In this document: positions 37,334-46,788 of the stretch, one piece after another
How positions within the stretch are numbered: position 1 is the first letter of the stretch
How the letters are laid out: every line of letters starts with the position of its first letter
Assembly (NCBI GenBank): GCA_963663165.1
Contig: OY760175.1
Span: 736,001-800,000 of the forward strand
DNA: 64,000 bases
Direction of reading: 5' to 3'
Origin: an uncultured Desulfospira sp.
GTDB lineage: Bacteria; Desulfobacterota; Desulfobacteria; Desulfobacterales; Desulfobacteraceae
Notes under the pieces: generated by a model
The model's input: the letters and a program-made list of their open reading frames with translations, nothing else
Database searches by the model: none
What the model was told of the DNA's origin: nothing
Translations under genes and position numbers: made by a program

Positions 37334-38549
37334 AACGGATGGCCTCAACCGGGTCCATTTTTGATGCCTTGCGGGAAGGATAAAGGGTTGATATAAAGCA
37401 GATCAAGAGCGAACTGATCCCGATAATCAGTACATCCTGGCCTGACAGCTCCACGGGCAGGGTGGAAAAGGGATAAGCCTCGGGCAGCCGGATGAAGTCA
37501 TATTTTTTTAACAAAAAACAGACCAGAACCCCGGAACCGGTACCCAGAAGAGTTCCTGTGGCACCGATGATCATGCCCTTGAGGATAAAAATCTTGCCGA
37601 TGATATCATGGGTGGCGCCCATGGCTTTGAGAACGGCAATATCTTTGGTTTTCTCCATGACCATCATGATCAGGGCGCTGGCAATATTAAAGGCCGCCAC
37701 CAGAATAATCAGGGTCAGAATGATAAACATGGCCGTTTTTTCAAGTTTCAGGGCGGAAAACAAACTGTGGTTGATGTCCATCCAGTCCCTTATATAAAAA
37801 GGGTATTTAAGAAAATTAAGCTCATTTTTCCGGATGCTTTTCACATTAAACACGTTGTCAACCCACAGTCCCAATGCCGAGACTTTTCCCCTGGCCGATA
37901 CCAGGTCCTGGGCCTGGTCCAGGCTGACATAGGCCAGGATACCGTCATATTCAGACATGCCCGATGAAAAGGTCCCCTTTACCACAAACCGTTTCATGGA
38001 CGGAATCTGGCCAATGGGGGATATAAACGTTTTCGGGGACATGAGAACCGCCTTGTCATTGATGGTGACCCCAAGGGAATCGGCCAGTTCCCTGCCCAGG
38101 ATAATCCCGGGAAGGCTGTCTTTTTCATTGGATTCCTCAAGGGCGGTGGAAAGCTTTTGAGCGGTGTACCCTTTCATGAGCAGGGCCCCGTGTTCTGGAG
38201 AAACCCCCCGAACCATCACCCCTGAAAAGGACCGGTTGGTCCGGATCATGGCCTGACCGAAAAGAATGGGCGAGGTGTCTTTAATATGGGGGCTTGATGA
38301 GATCTTATCCAGGATGTCCTGATACTGGTCAAAGGTGCCCCCATAGTTCATGATCAATATGTGGGGCTCAAGTCCCAGGATCCGTTTTCGAAATTCAGTT
38401 TCAGCCCCGCTCATAACGGCAATGACCACCACCAGTGCCATGACCCCCAAGGCCACCCCGGCAATGGATAAAAATGTGATCAGAGAGATAAACCCTTCTT
38501 TTCTTTTGGCTTTAAGGTATTTCCCGGCTATAAAAAATTCAACGGACAC
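37326..38549 (-). CDS. lolC: Lipoprotein-releasing ABC transporter permease LolC/E
   Basis: FISLITFLSIAGVALGVMALVVVIAVMSG, LIILVAAFNI, KDIAVLKAMGA, YPSRKAS..DPVEAIRY. Confidence 0.93.
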   Translation of the reverse strand: MSVEFFIAGKYLKAKRKEGFISLITFLSIAGVALGVMALVVVIAVMSGAETEFRKRILGLEPHILIMNYGGTFDQYQDILDKISSSPHIKDTSPILFGQAMIRTNRSFSGVMVRGVSPEHGALLMKGYTAQKLSTALEESNEKDSLPGIILGRELADSLGVTINDKAVLMSPKTFISPIGQIPSMKRFVVKGTFSSGMSEYDGILAYVSLDQAQDLVSARGKVSALGLWVDNVFNVKSIRKNELNFLKYPFYIRDWMDINHSLFSALKLEKTAMFIILTLIILVAAFNIASALIMMVMEKTKDIAVLKAMGATHDIIGKIFILKGMIIGATGTLLGTGSGVLVCFLLKKYDFIRLPEAYPFSTLPVELSGQDVLIIGISSLLICFISTLYPSRKASKMDPVEAIRYG

Positions 38550-38565
38550 AGGCTTGGGCCTCTTT

Positions 38566-40044
38566 TTATGCGTTCTTTTTCATATGCGGAAAAAGAATAA
38601 CCTCCCGTATGGAAGCTGAATCGGTTAACAGCATCACTAAGCGGTCAATACCAATGCCCTGGCCTGCGGTGGGCGGCATGCCGTATTCCAACGCCTCCAC
38701 ATAATCCGAGTCCATGATATGGGCTTCAGTATTGCCCTCGTCCCGCTGCCTGACCTGCATGAGAAACCGGTTGTGCTGGTCTTCAGGGTCATTGATTTCA
38801 GAAAACCCGTTGGCAATTTCCCGGCCGGCGATAAACAGTTCAAACCGGTCGGTCAGTTCCGGATCCGTATCACTTTTTCTGGATAACGGCGACACTTCCA
38901 CCGGATAACCGGTAATAAAGGTGGGCTGGATCAACTCGGGTTCAACCAGGACATCAAACAGCTTGGTCAACACTTTCCCGTGGCGGTCTTTTTTGGTGAT
39001 CTGAATATTTTTTTCTTTGGCAAAGGCGAGCAGGGCCTCGGTATCATTTAGGATTTGGGCATCAATGCCGGCAATGTCCGTTAAGGAATCCATCATGGAG
39101 ATCCGCTTCCATCCCTTTGAGAAGTCAATGGCCTGTCCCTGGTATTCAATAGTGGAAGAACCGTTGACCTGGATGGCAATGGATTCAAACATTTCTTCAG
39201 TCAGGTTCATTAAGTCTTCATAGTCCGCATAGGCCTGGTAAAATTCGACCATGGTGAATTCCGGGTTATGCCGGGTGGAAACCCCTTCGTTACGGAAATT
39301 CCGGTTAATTTCAAACACCCGTTCAAACCCGCCCACCACAAGCCGTTTTAAGTAAAGCTCCGGGGCAATCCTCAAATAAAGTTCCATATCCAGGGCATTG
39401 TGCCAGGTTTTAAAGGGAGTGGCTTCGGCACCGCCGGGAAGGGGCTGCATCATGGGGGTTTCCACTTCCATGAATCCCCGGTCCTCAAAAAAGCGTCTCA
39501 TGGCCGATACGGTCTTGCTTCTTTTAAGGAAAATCTGCCGGGAGTCTTCGTTCATGATCAGATCCAGGTACCGCTGACGGTACCGTTTTTCAGGATCTTT
39601 AATCCCGTGAAATTTCTCAGGCAAAGGCCTGGCCGCCTTGGACAGGAGCTTAAAACTTTTGGCCTGGATGGTCCACTCGCCGGTTCTGGTCTGGAACAGC
39701 GGCCCTTGAACCCCGATGAAATCACCAATATCCAGCTTTTTGAACAGGTCATACACCTCATCTCCGAGAACATTTTTCTGAAGGTAGGCCTGAATCTGGT
39801 CGGTTCCGTCCTTGAACCTTATAAACGAGGATTTCCCCATTTTATTGACCGCCATCATCCGGCCGGCCACCTTAAACTGCCGGCCGTCTTCTCCCAAAGA
39901 ATCGGGATCCGTATCAATGACCTCTTTGACTTCTGAAATGGGGCAGTCAACTTTAAAATCATTGGGATAAAGGGGGATTCCCTTATCCTTAATCTCGTTC
40001 ATTTTTTCTTTTCTAAGCTGAATCAGCTTGCTTTCCTTATCCAT
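38566..40044 (-). CDS. lysS: Lysyl-tRNA synthetase (class II)
   Basis: RYRQRYLDL, YLRIAPELYLKRL, FRNEG..RHNPEFT, YGMPPTAG.GIGIDRL. Start reset to ATG 40044. Confidence 0.97.
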   Translation of the reverse strand: MDKESKLIQLRKEKMNEIKDKGIPLYPNDFKVDCPISEVKEVIDTDPDSLGEDGRQFKVAGRMMAVNKMGKSSFIRFKDGTDQIQAYLQKNVLGDEVYDLFKKLDIGDFIGVQGPLFQTRTGEWTIQAKSFKLLSKAARPLPEKFHGIKDPEKRYRQRYLDLIMNEDSRQIFLKRSKTVSAMRRFFEDRGFMEVETPMMQPLPGGAEATPFKTWHNALDMELYLRIAPELYLKRLVVGGFERVFEINRNFRNEGVSTRHNPEFTMVEFYQAYADYEDLMNLTEEMFESIAIQVNGSSTIEYQGQAIDFSKGWKRISMMDSLTDIAGIDAQILNDTEALLAFAKEKNIQITKKDRHGKVLTKLFDVLVEPELIQPTFITGYPVEVSPLSRKSDTDPELTDRFELFIAGREIANGFSEINDPEDQHNRFLMQVRQRDEGNTEAHIMDSDYVEALEYGMPPTAGQGIGIDRLVMLLTDSASIREVILFPHMKKNA

Positions 40045-40173
40045 ATGACATTCACTGCTTTCTTTGATTTGGTATGTGAAACATTTGGTTGTACCTGGAC
40101 TTTGGTGCCTGTACCCAAAGGGTGGAACATGGATAGATAGCTTGATTGGACCCGGATTGTCAAGGTTTAGTTG

Positions 40174-40298
40174 GTGTTTGAACGAAAAGCCACCCATCTG
40201 CTGCGTTGCAGAAAAAATGGCAATCCTCGCAACCAAAAGGTTGCTCCGGCTGCCATTTTTTCTGAGCCTTGCTTCTGGGCAACTTTTCGTTCAAACAC
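40174..40298 (+). mobile_element. TIR-bounded MITE-like element, copy 3 (125 bp)
   Basis: GTGTTTGAACGAAAAG ... CTTTTCGTTCAAACAC perfect 16-bp TIR; inner hairpin CAGAAAAAATGGCA...TGCCATTTTTTCTG. Confidence 0.78.
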
Positions 40299-40326
40299 AA
40301 AGTTTCGATTAACTGGCTTGTTTTTT

Positions 40327-41631
40327 TTAAGCGCGGCTGCCCTGGCCGGCCGGGCCTGACGCCTGGTTGAACACCAGGGTAAAGACCGTGCCTTTTCCAG
40401 GGGTGGAATCAAAATCGATCATGCCGTCATAGGTGTGGACGAGCCGGTGGATAATGGGCAGCCCAAGACCTGTCCCCTCGGGTTTGGTGGTAAAAAACGG
40501 GTCAAAAATGTGCCGGGCCTCTTTGACATCAATGCCCTGGCCGTCGTCCTGAATGGTCAGGTAAATTTTCTGGTTCCTGGCCGGTGTCAGGGAAATGGTA
40601 ATTTTCCCTTGGTTTTCAATGGATTCTGCCGCATTTTTGATCAGATTCCATAAAATCTGCTGAAGGTGAATGGGGTTGATGCTGACAAAAAGAGTGCGCA
40701 CCAGGTGAAGATCGACCTTGATACGGGGGGCCCACTCCGGAGTATTCTCAAAAAGGGCCATGACCTCATCAATGGCCAGGGCAATGTCCACATTTTCCGA
40801 ATAGGCCCGGCTGGGCTTCGCAAACACCCGGATATCATTGACAATGGTTTTAAGCCGGTCGGTTTCCCTTAGAATAATCTTCATGAGCTTGTCTTCATAA
40901 CTTTCCGGAACGGCATCTTCTTTGAGCAGCTGGATAGAGCCTGACAGGGAGGCCAATGGATTTTTGATCTCATGGACAATTCCGGATATCAGCTCATCCA
41001 TGGCCTCCATTTTTTCCACCCGCCGGAGGTGTTCCTGGGTGATTTTAAGGTCCTGGCGGGTGGTCTTCAGCTGCATGGACAGAATGCCGCTCAAGAGGGC
41101 CACGGCAAAAAAAGCCCCAATGGTGATGGCGATCCGGTAAACCACGTGAACCGGGTCTTCCGTTGCAATGGAATGATTCCACGAGGCCTCAAGAACCCCG
41201 TAATAGTCAAGCTCAATGAGAAGGCCGTAAAGAACGCTTGATATACAGGCGGCCAGCATGCTGCCCTTGCGCAACAGCAGCATGGCGCTGCAAATAATGA
41301 CCACCAGATAGACAAAGGTAAACACCGAATAATAACTGCCGGTCAGAAAAATAATAGCAGTAGAACAAAACAGGTCCACCACGATCTGGATATAGGCCAG
41401 CAGGACCAGGTTCTTTTTTTGATTCAGCCACAGGGTATACCCCACGGACAAGACCAGGACCAGGGCGGCAAGGTAGTACAGGTAAAGAAAGGGCTTGGAT
41501 AAAATGGCCAGCCGTTCTCCGGCGGAAAACACCAGGCAGGACAACACCAGGAGAAAAGAAAACATAATCCTGGCAAAGGTCAGCCAGGACAGTTGTCTGG
41601 CAAAATAGGAATTTTTGTCGAAGGATCTCAA
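40327..41631 (-). CDS. pilS: PilS-like sensor histidine kinase
   Basis: About 6 TM N-terminus (WLTFAR, QIVVDL..TG...S.F.F.Y), HEIKNPL H-box, WNLIKNA, DDGQG, FFTTK, GTGLGL; follows pilC. Start reset to TTG 41631. Confidence 0.8.
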   Translation of the reverse strand: MRSFDKNSYFARQLSWLTFARIMFSFLLVLSCLVFSAGERLAILSKPFLYLYYLAALVLVLSVGYTLWLNQKKNLVLLAYIQIVVDLFCSTAIIFLTGSYYSVFTFVYLVVIICSAMLLLRKGSMLAACISSVLYGLLIELDYYGVLEASWNHSIATEDPVHVVYRIAITIGAFFAVALLSGILSMQLKTTRQDLKITQEHLRRVEKMEAMDELISGIVHEIKNPLASLSGSIQLLKEDAVPESYEDKLMKIILRETDRLKTIVNDIRVFAKPSRAYSENVDIALAIDEVMALFENTPEWAPRIKVDLHLVRTLFVSINPIHLQQILWNLIKNAAESIENQGKITISLTPARNQKIYLTIQDDGQGIDVKEARHIFDPFFTTKPEGTGLGLPIIHRLVHTYDGMIDFDSTPGKGTVFTLVFNQASGPAGQGSRA

Positions 41632-41635
41632 AATA

Positions 41636-42847
41636 TCAGCCAATGGCGCTTGCCATGGTAAAGATGGGAAGGTACATGGCAATGACCAGGCCGCCGACCA
41701 CCACCCCAAGGAATACCAGCATGAACGGTTCAATCATATCGGTCAGGTTTTTTACAGCCTGATCCACTTCAGTATCATAAAAGTCGGCGATCTTTTCCAT
41801 CATGATATCCAGGGCACCGGTGGATTCCCCCACGGCAATCATGGAGCAGACCATGGCCGGAAACACCCCGCTTTCCAACAGCGGGTCTGCCATGGACCGG
41901 CCTTCGGTGATCCCGGTCTTAACATCCTGGATGGCAAACTCTACGATTTTATTGCCCGATGTTTTGGCCACAATGTCCAGGGCCTCAAGAATGGACACCC
42001 CGCTCGAGATCATGGTGGACGTGGTCCGGGTAAATTTGGCCACCGCCACTTTCCTTATCAGCATGCCCATGACCGGCAACCGCAGGAAGATGTCGTCCAT
42101 GATCACCCGGCCCTTGGGGGTTTTGTAGCTGTATCGAAGAAAAAAAATAACCCCGGCAATGCCACCGATAATCACCCAGATTTTTGAAATCACCAGATTG
42201 CTTAAAGTGACCACGAACATGGTGGGCGCCGGCAAGGTAGACCCCATTTCTGAAAACATGTCTTGAAACACGGGAATTACAAACACCAGGATAATGCCCA
42301 CCACAATGACGGCTACGGCAAGGGTGATGCCCGGATAGGTCATGGCCCCCTTGACCTGTTTTTTGAGCTTGGCCATTTTTTCCATGTAGGCGGACAACCG
42401 GTTGAGAATAACATCCAGGATACCCCCGGCTTCACCGGCCGCAATCATGTTGATGAACAATTCATTGAACACTTTGGGGAATTTTTTTAATGAATCGGCA
42501 AATGTTTCTCCGGATTCCACGGATTCCTTTATTTTTTTCAAAACTTTCTTGAATGTCGGATTTTCCTGCTGGGAGTAAAGAATATCCAGGCACTGCAGCA
42601 GAGGAAGTCCGGCATCAATCATGGTGGAAAACTGCCGGGCAAACACAATAACATCTTTTTCTTTTACTTTGGGGGCAAGAAAAGGAATATCTTCAAATAT
42701 ATCTTTTGGCTTTTTCTTGATTCTGGCGGGGGTTATTTTGCGCCTCTGTAGGCTTGAAGCGACCTGTTCCGCGTTCTCAGCTTCCATCTCCCCCTTGACT
42801 TTTCTGCCTTTTGGATTCTTTCCTTTCCACTGATAGATAACCGGCAT
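41636..42847 (-). CDS. pilC: Type IV pilus inner-membrane platform protein
   Basis: FARQFSTMIDAGLPL, AGEAGGILD, AMTYP, MIAVGESTG.LD, IEP, AMYLPIF. Confidence 0.94.
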   Translation of the reverse strand: MPVIYQWKGKNPKGRKVKGEMEAENAEQVASSLQRRKITPARIKKKPKDIFEDIPFLAPKVKEKDVIVFARQFSTMIDAGLPLLQCLDILYSQQENPTFKKVLKKIKESVESGETFADSLKKFPKVFNELFINMIAAGEAGGILDVILNRLSAYMEKMAKLKKQVKGAMTYPGITLAVAVIVVGIILVFVIPVFQDMFSEMGSTLPAPTMFVVTLSNLVISKIWVIIGGIAGVIFFLRYSYKTPKGRVIMDDIFLRLPVMGMLIRKVAVAKFTRTTSTMISSGVSILEALDIVAKTSGNKIVEFAIQDVKTGITEGRSMADPLLESGVFPAMVCSMIAVGESTGALDIMMEKIADFYDTEVDQAVKNLTDMIEPFMLVFLGVVVGGLVIAMYLPIFTMASAIG

Positions 42848-42923
42848 GGTTTTTCCTTATTATTGAGATTTCCAAGGGTATAGTATATAAATTTCATGAT
42901 CTGAATTCAACAGGAGTTAATTT

Positions 42924-45593
42924 TTGCCGGAAAAAAAAAGTAAAATACAGGCCCCCACGGTAATTACAAGCCATGTCAACGCAGACTATGATGCCCTGGG
43001 GGCCATGCTGGCCGCCCAAAAACTGTACCCGGACAGTATCATTATCTTCCCCGGTTCCCATGAAAAAGATTTGAGAAATTTTTTTATCAATTCAATGAGC
43101 TATCTGTTCAACATGGCAGACCCGGCCCGTATTGATTTTTCAAAAACCACCACCCTGGTGCTGGTGGACACCCGGCAGCGCCACCGGCTTTCCGGGGTGG
43201 ATGACCTGCTTGAAAAAAAGGATCTGGCCATCCACGTCTTTGACCACCACCCGGATCAGAAAGGCGATGTGGCAGCCCAGAAGGCCGTTATTAAAAGCTA
43301 TGGGGCCACCACCACCATCTTGAGCATGATCTTACAGGAAAAAGGGATCGTGCCCACCCCTGAAGAGGCCACGGTCATGGCCCTGGGGATCTACGAGGAT
43401 ACCGGCCTGTTTACCCATGAATCCACCACCCGGGAGGATTTTGACCAGGCAGGCTATCTGCTGTCCTGCGGGGCCAGCCTTGGCACCATTGTCAGCCTGG
43501 TGGTCAGAGAGATTAAAACCGAACACGTCACCTGGCTCTATGAACTGCTCAACGAGATGACGGTCCATAAAATTAACGGAATTGATGTCCATATTTCCAC
43601 CATATCGGCTTCGGTTTACATCACTGACCTGGCCTCCATTGTCCAAAAAATCATGAGAATGGAAAACCTGGACCTGTTTTTTGCCATTGTCTTGATGGGC
43701 AACAAAATCAATATCATTGCCAGAAACCGGCTGTCCCAGGTGGATGCAGGGAAAATCCTTTCCTATTTCGGCGGGGGCGGCCATGCTTTTGCGGCTTCGG
43801 CAAAAGTTGAGGAAACCACCCTGTCTCAGGTTGAAATCATGCTCCTTGACCAGATCAAGCAGCATGTCAAGCCGGTGCAGCCGGCAAGGGCCTTGATGTC
43901 ATCTCCGGCCATCACGGTAGCCCCTGACACCTCATGTTCAAAAGCCGCCCTGCTCATGACCCGGTATAATATTAACACCCTTTTGGTGGTGGACCCTGAA
44001 ACTAGTGCCTATGAAGGATATATCACCCGGCAGGTGGCTGAAAAAACCCTGGTTCACAAACTTGAAGAACAACCGGTCAGGGATTACATGACCTCTGACA
44101 TTGACCATGTGACACCGGATGCCGGGATATCTGAAATCGAACAAAAAATCATAGATCGGAAACAACGGATTTTACCGGTAGTTGAAGACGGACAGATCAA
44201 CGGGGTGATCACACGGACTGACCTTCTGTCCTACCTGGTGCAAAATAACAATGCCAAAAAAGACCTGGATCTTCCCGTATCCATGCGCCACAGCGCCAGA
44301 AAACGGCAGGTGGACAACCTGTTTACCCAGCGGTTGCCCCTTCGGGTTTTAGAGCTTCTAAAAGACATCGGCATTGCCGGAAGACAGCTGAATACAGCGG
44401 CCTTTGTGGTGGGCGGATTTGTCCGGGACCTGCTGCTGAACCGGCCCAATGACGATATTGACATTGTGGTGGAAGGCGATGGGATCCAATTTGCCAAAGC
44501 CGTTGCAGGGCATATGGGCTGCCGGGTCAATGCCCATAAAAAATTCGGCACAGCGGTCCTTATTTTTCCGGATAATTTCAAGATTGACGTGGCCTCTGCC
44601 CGGCTCGAATATTACACCATGCCGGCGGCCCTTCCCATTGTTGAAAAAAGCTCCATCAAATTGGACCTGGCCCGGCGGGATTTTACCATCAACACCTTAG
44701 CGGTCAGCCTTGCGCCGGAATCCTTTGGGACAATGATTGATTATTTCGGGGCCACCCGGGATATCAAAGATAAAACCATCCGGATCATCCATAACTTAAG
44801 CTTTGTGGAGGATCCCACAAGGATCTTCCGGGCCATTAAATTCTCCAACCGGTTCGGGTTTAAAATCGGAAAGGTCACCTCCAACCTCATTAAAAACGCC
44901 ATCAAAATCGACTGTTTCAAAAACTTGGGCAACCTGAGGGTGCTATCGGAACTCAAGCAGATTTTAAGCGAAGAAAATCCCATCCCGGCCATTCGAATGA
45001 TGGCATCTTACGGCCTTGAAAAGGTGATCCATCCGGATTTGACTATTATACCTGAAACTTATCAGCTTCTCGAATCCGTGAACAAAACCCTGACCTGGCA
45101 TGACCTCATGTACGGGCATGAAGATTACCCGAGATGGGCGGTTTATTTTATGGCCCTGCTCCACCGGTGCTCCTTTAAAATTTCAACGGAAATCTGTGAC
45201 CGTTTTTTTGTATCACCCGGTGAGAGGGCACTGATGCTTGACACCCGGTACAAGGCGGAACAACGGCTTACCAGAATCGAACATAGTCCGCCGGTGACCC
45301 CCGAGGCGCTTTATTGGGGCCTGATTTATTTTAAACCCGAATCCATTCTTTATATGGTGGCCTTAAGTAAAAACGAAGCGGTCAAAAAAGAGATCCTTTT
45401 ATTTTATACCCAATACCGCCATATCAAGCCCTTGATTCAGGGCCGGGACCTTAAGGCCCTTGGCATCAAGCCGGGACCGGTCTACACCCGGATATTAAAC
45501 CAGGTGCTGAACGCCAAGCTTTCAGGAGACCTTGCCACCAAAGAAGAAGAACTGGCCTTTGCCAAAGAGGCTGCCCATAAATATATTGATTAA
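42924..45593 (+). CDS. DHH-DHHA1-CBS-fused tRNA nucleotidyltransferase (likely A-adding type)
   Basis: HVNADYDALG, FDHH, GGGHAFAAS, CBS pair, VGGFVRDLL..DIDIVV, DLARRDFTIN, SFVEDPTRIFRA. Confidence 0.9.
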   Translation: MPEKKSKIQAPTVITSHVNADYDALGAMLAAQKLYPDSIIIFPGSHEKDLRNFFINSMSYLFNMADPARIDFSKTTTLVLVDTRQRHRLSGVDDLLEKKDLAIHVFDHHPDQKGDVAAQKAVIKSYGATTTILSMILQEKGIVPTPEEATVMALGIYEDTGLFTHESTTREDFDQAGYLLSCGASLGTIVSLVVREIKTEHVTWLYELLNEMTVHKINGIDVHISTISASVYITDLASIVQKIMRMENLDLFFAIVLMGNKINIIARNRLSQVDAGKILSYFGGGGHAFAASAKVEETTLSQVEIMLLDQIKQHVKPVQPARALMSSPAITVAPDTSCSKAALLMTRYNINTLLVVDPETSAYEGYITRQVAEKTLVHKLEEQPVRDYMTSDIDHVTPDAGISEIEQKIIDRKQRILPVVEDGQINGVITRTDLLSYLVQNNNAKKDLDLPVSMRHSARKRQVDNLFTQRLPLRVLELLKDIGIAGRQLNTAAFVVGGFVRDLLLNRPNDDIDIVVEGDGIQFAKAVAGHMGCRVNAHKKFGTAVLIFPDNFKIDVASARLEYYTMPAALPIVEKSSIKLDLARRDFTINTLAVSLAPESFGTMIDYFGATRDIKDKTIRIIHNLSFVEDPTRIFRAIKFSNRFGFKIGKVTSNLIKNAIKIDCFKNLGNLRVLSELKQILSEENPIPAIRMMASYGLEKVIHPDLTIIPETYQLLESVNKTLTWHDLMYGHEDYPRWAVYFMALLHRCSFKISTEICDRFFVSPGERALMLDTRYKAEQRLTRIEHSPPVTPEALYWGLIYFKPESILYMVALSKNEAVKKEILLFYTQYRHIKPLIQGRDLKALGIKPGPVYTRILNQVLNAKLSGDLATKEEELAFAKEAAHKYID

Positions 45594-45623
45594 ACGGCTT
45601 TTTTTTGATACTTGCGCAATTAT

Positions 45624-45715
45624 TTTAGACTTCAGACCTTAGACTTTAGACCTTAGACTTTAGATGGTGGCGGGCTTATAATTTTAAAGTCTAATGTCTC
45701 AAGTCTAATGTCTAA
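45624..45715. repeat. 7-bp-periodic inverted repeat (TTAGACT/AGTCTAA family)
   Basis: TTAGACT TCAGACC TTAGACT TTAGACC TTAGACT TTAGA ... AGTCTAA TGTCTCA AGTCTAA TGTCTAA. Confidence 0.85.
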
Positions 45716-45738
45716 CACAACCATTTAGGACCTTATAT

Positions 45739-46752
45739 ATGAAAAACGCAGACTTTTTAACCGGTATAACCCCCAGTGGCACTCCCCATTTAGGAAACTA
45801 TGTGGGCGCCATCCGGCCGGCCGTTGAATCCAGTAAAAATCCGGACCTGACATCCTATTATTTCCTGGCCGATTACCACTCCCTGATCAAAAACCATGAT
45901 CCTGAAAAAAGACGCCAGTCTTCCCTTGAAATTGCGGCGGCCTGGATAGCCTTGGGGCTGGATCACCAAAACTGCGTGTTTTACCGCCAGTCTGATATTC
46001 CTGAAATTCCCGAATTGACCTGGATTTTAACCTGCATGACCGCCAAGGGGCTGATGAACCGCGCCCATGCCTACAAAGCCCTGGTCCAGGAAAACGAAGA
46101 AAACAACCACAAAGACCCGGACAAGGGCGTGACCATGGGGCTGTTTTCCTATCCCATTCTCATGGCCGCCGACATCCTCATGTTCAATGCCCGGAAAGTG
46201 CCTGTGGGCAAAGACCAGATCCAGCATCTTGAAATGACACGGGACATTGCCGCCCGGTTCAACCATGTTTACAAAGAGCTGTTTATTCTGCCTGAGGTGG
46301 TGGTGGATGAGTCTTCTGCCGTGCTTTCAGGCCTGGACGGCAGAAAGATGAGCAAAAGCTACAATAACACCATCCCCCTGTTTGATACCCAGAAGCGGCT
46401 TCGGAAAATGATCATGAAGATCCAGACCAACTCTTTAGGGCCGGATGAACCCAAAGACCCAAAGACCTGCACCCTGTTTTCCATTTACCAGGCCTTTGCC
46501 ACAAAAGAACAGACCAAAGCCATGGAAGCCCGGTACCATGAGGGGATTGCCTGGGGCGTCATGAAACAGGAACTGTTTGAACTCATTGACGAAGTGGTCA
46601 AAGAACCCCGGAAGGTTTATGAAGAACTCATGAACAACCCCGGGGATATCGACCAGATTTTAAATGACGGCGCAGCCAAGGCCAGGGAATTTTCCGTTCC
46701 CTTTCTGGCACAGATCCGGAAGGCAACGGGAATTGGACCTTTGAAAGGATGA
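45739..46752 (+). CDS. trpS: Tryptophanyl-tRNA synthetase
   Basis: TPSGTPHLGNY, YPILMAADIL, VPVGKDQIQHLE, KMSKS. Confidence 0.96.
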   Translation: MKNADFLTGITPSGTPHLGNYVGAIRPAVESSKNPDLTSYYFLADYHSLIKNHDPEKRRQSSLEIAAAWIALGLDHQNCVFYRQSDIPEIPELTWILTCMTAKGLMNRAHAYKALVQENEENNHKDPDKGVTMGLFSYPILMAADILMFNARKVPVGKDQIQHLEMTRDIAARFNHVYKELFILPEVVVDESSAVLSGLDGRKMSKSYNNTIPLFDTQKRLRKMIMKIQTNSLGPDEPKDPKTCTLFSIYQAFATKEQTKAMEARYHEGIAWGVMKQELFELIDEVVKEPRKVYEELMNNPGDIDQILNDGAAKAREFSVPFLAQIRKATGIGPLKG

Positions 46753-46788
46753 GGGATAAAGGATGAAAGGTGCGAATCCTGCAAGCCC

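Noticed and set aside
40045..40236. Long N-terminal extensions in the ORF track (lysS, also pgi, pheA, tlyA, lpxI, pilS, yccA)
   Set aside because: They run into repeats, terminators or neighbouring genes; downstream starts give normal family lengths, several with a clear RBS.
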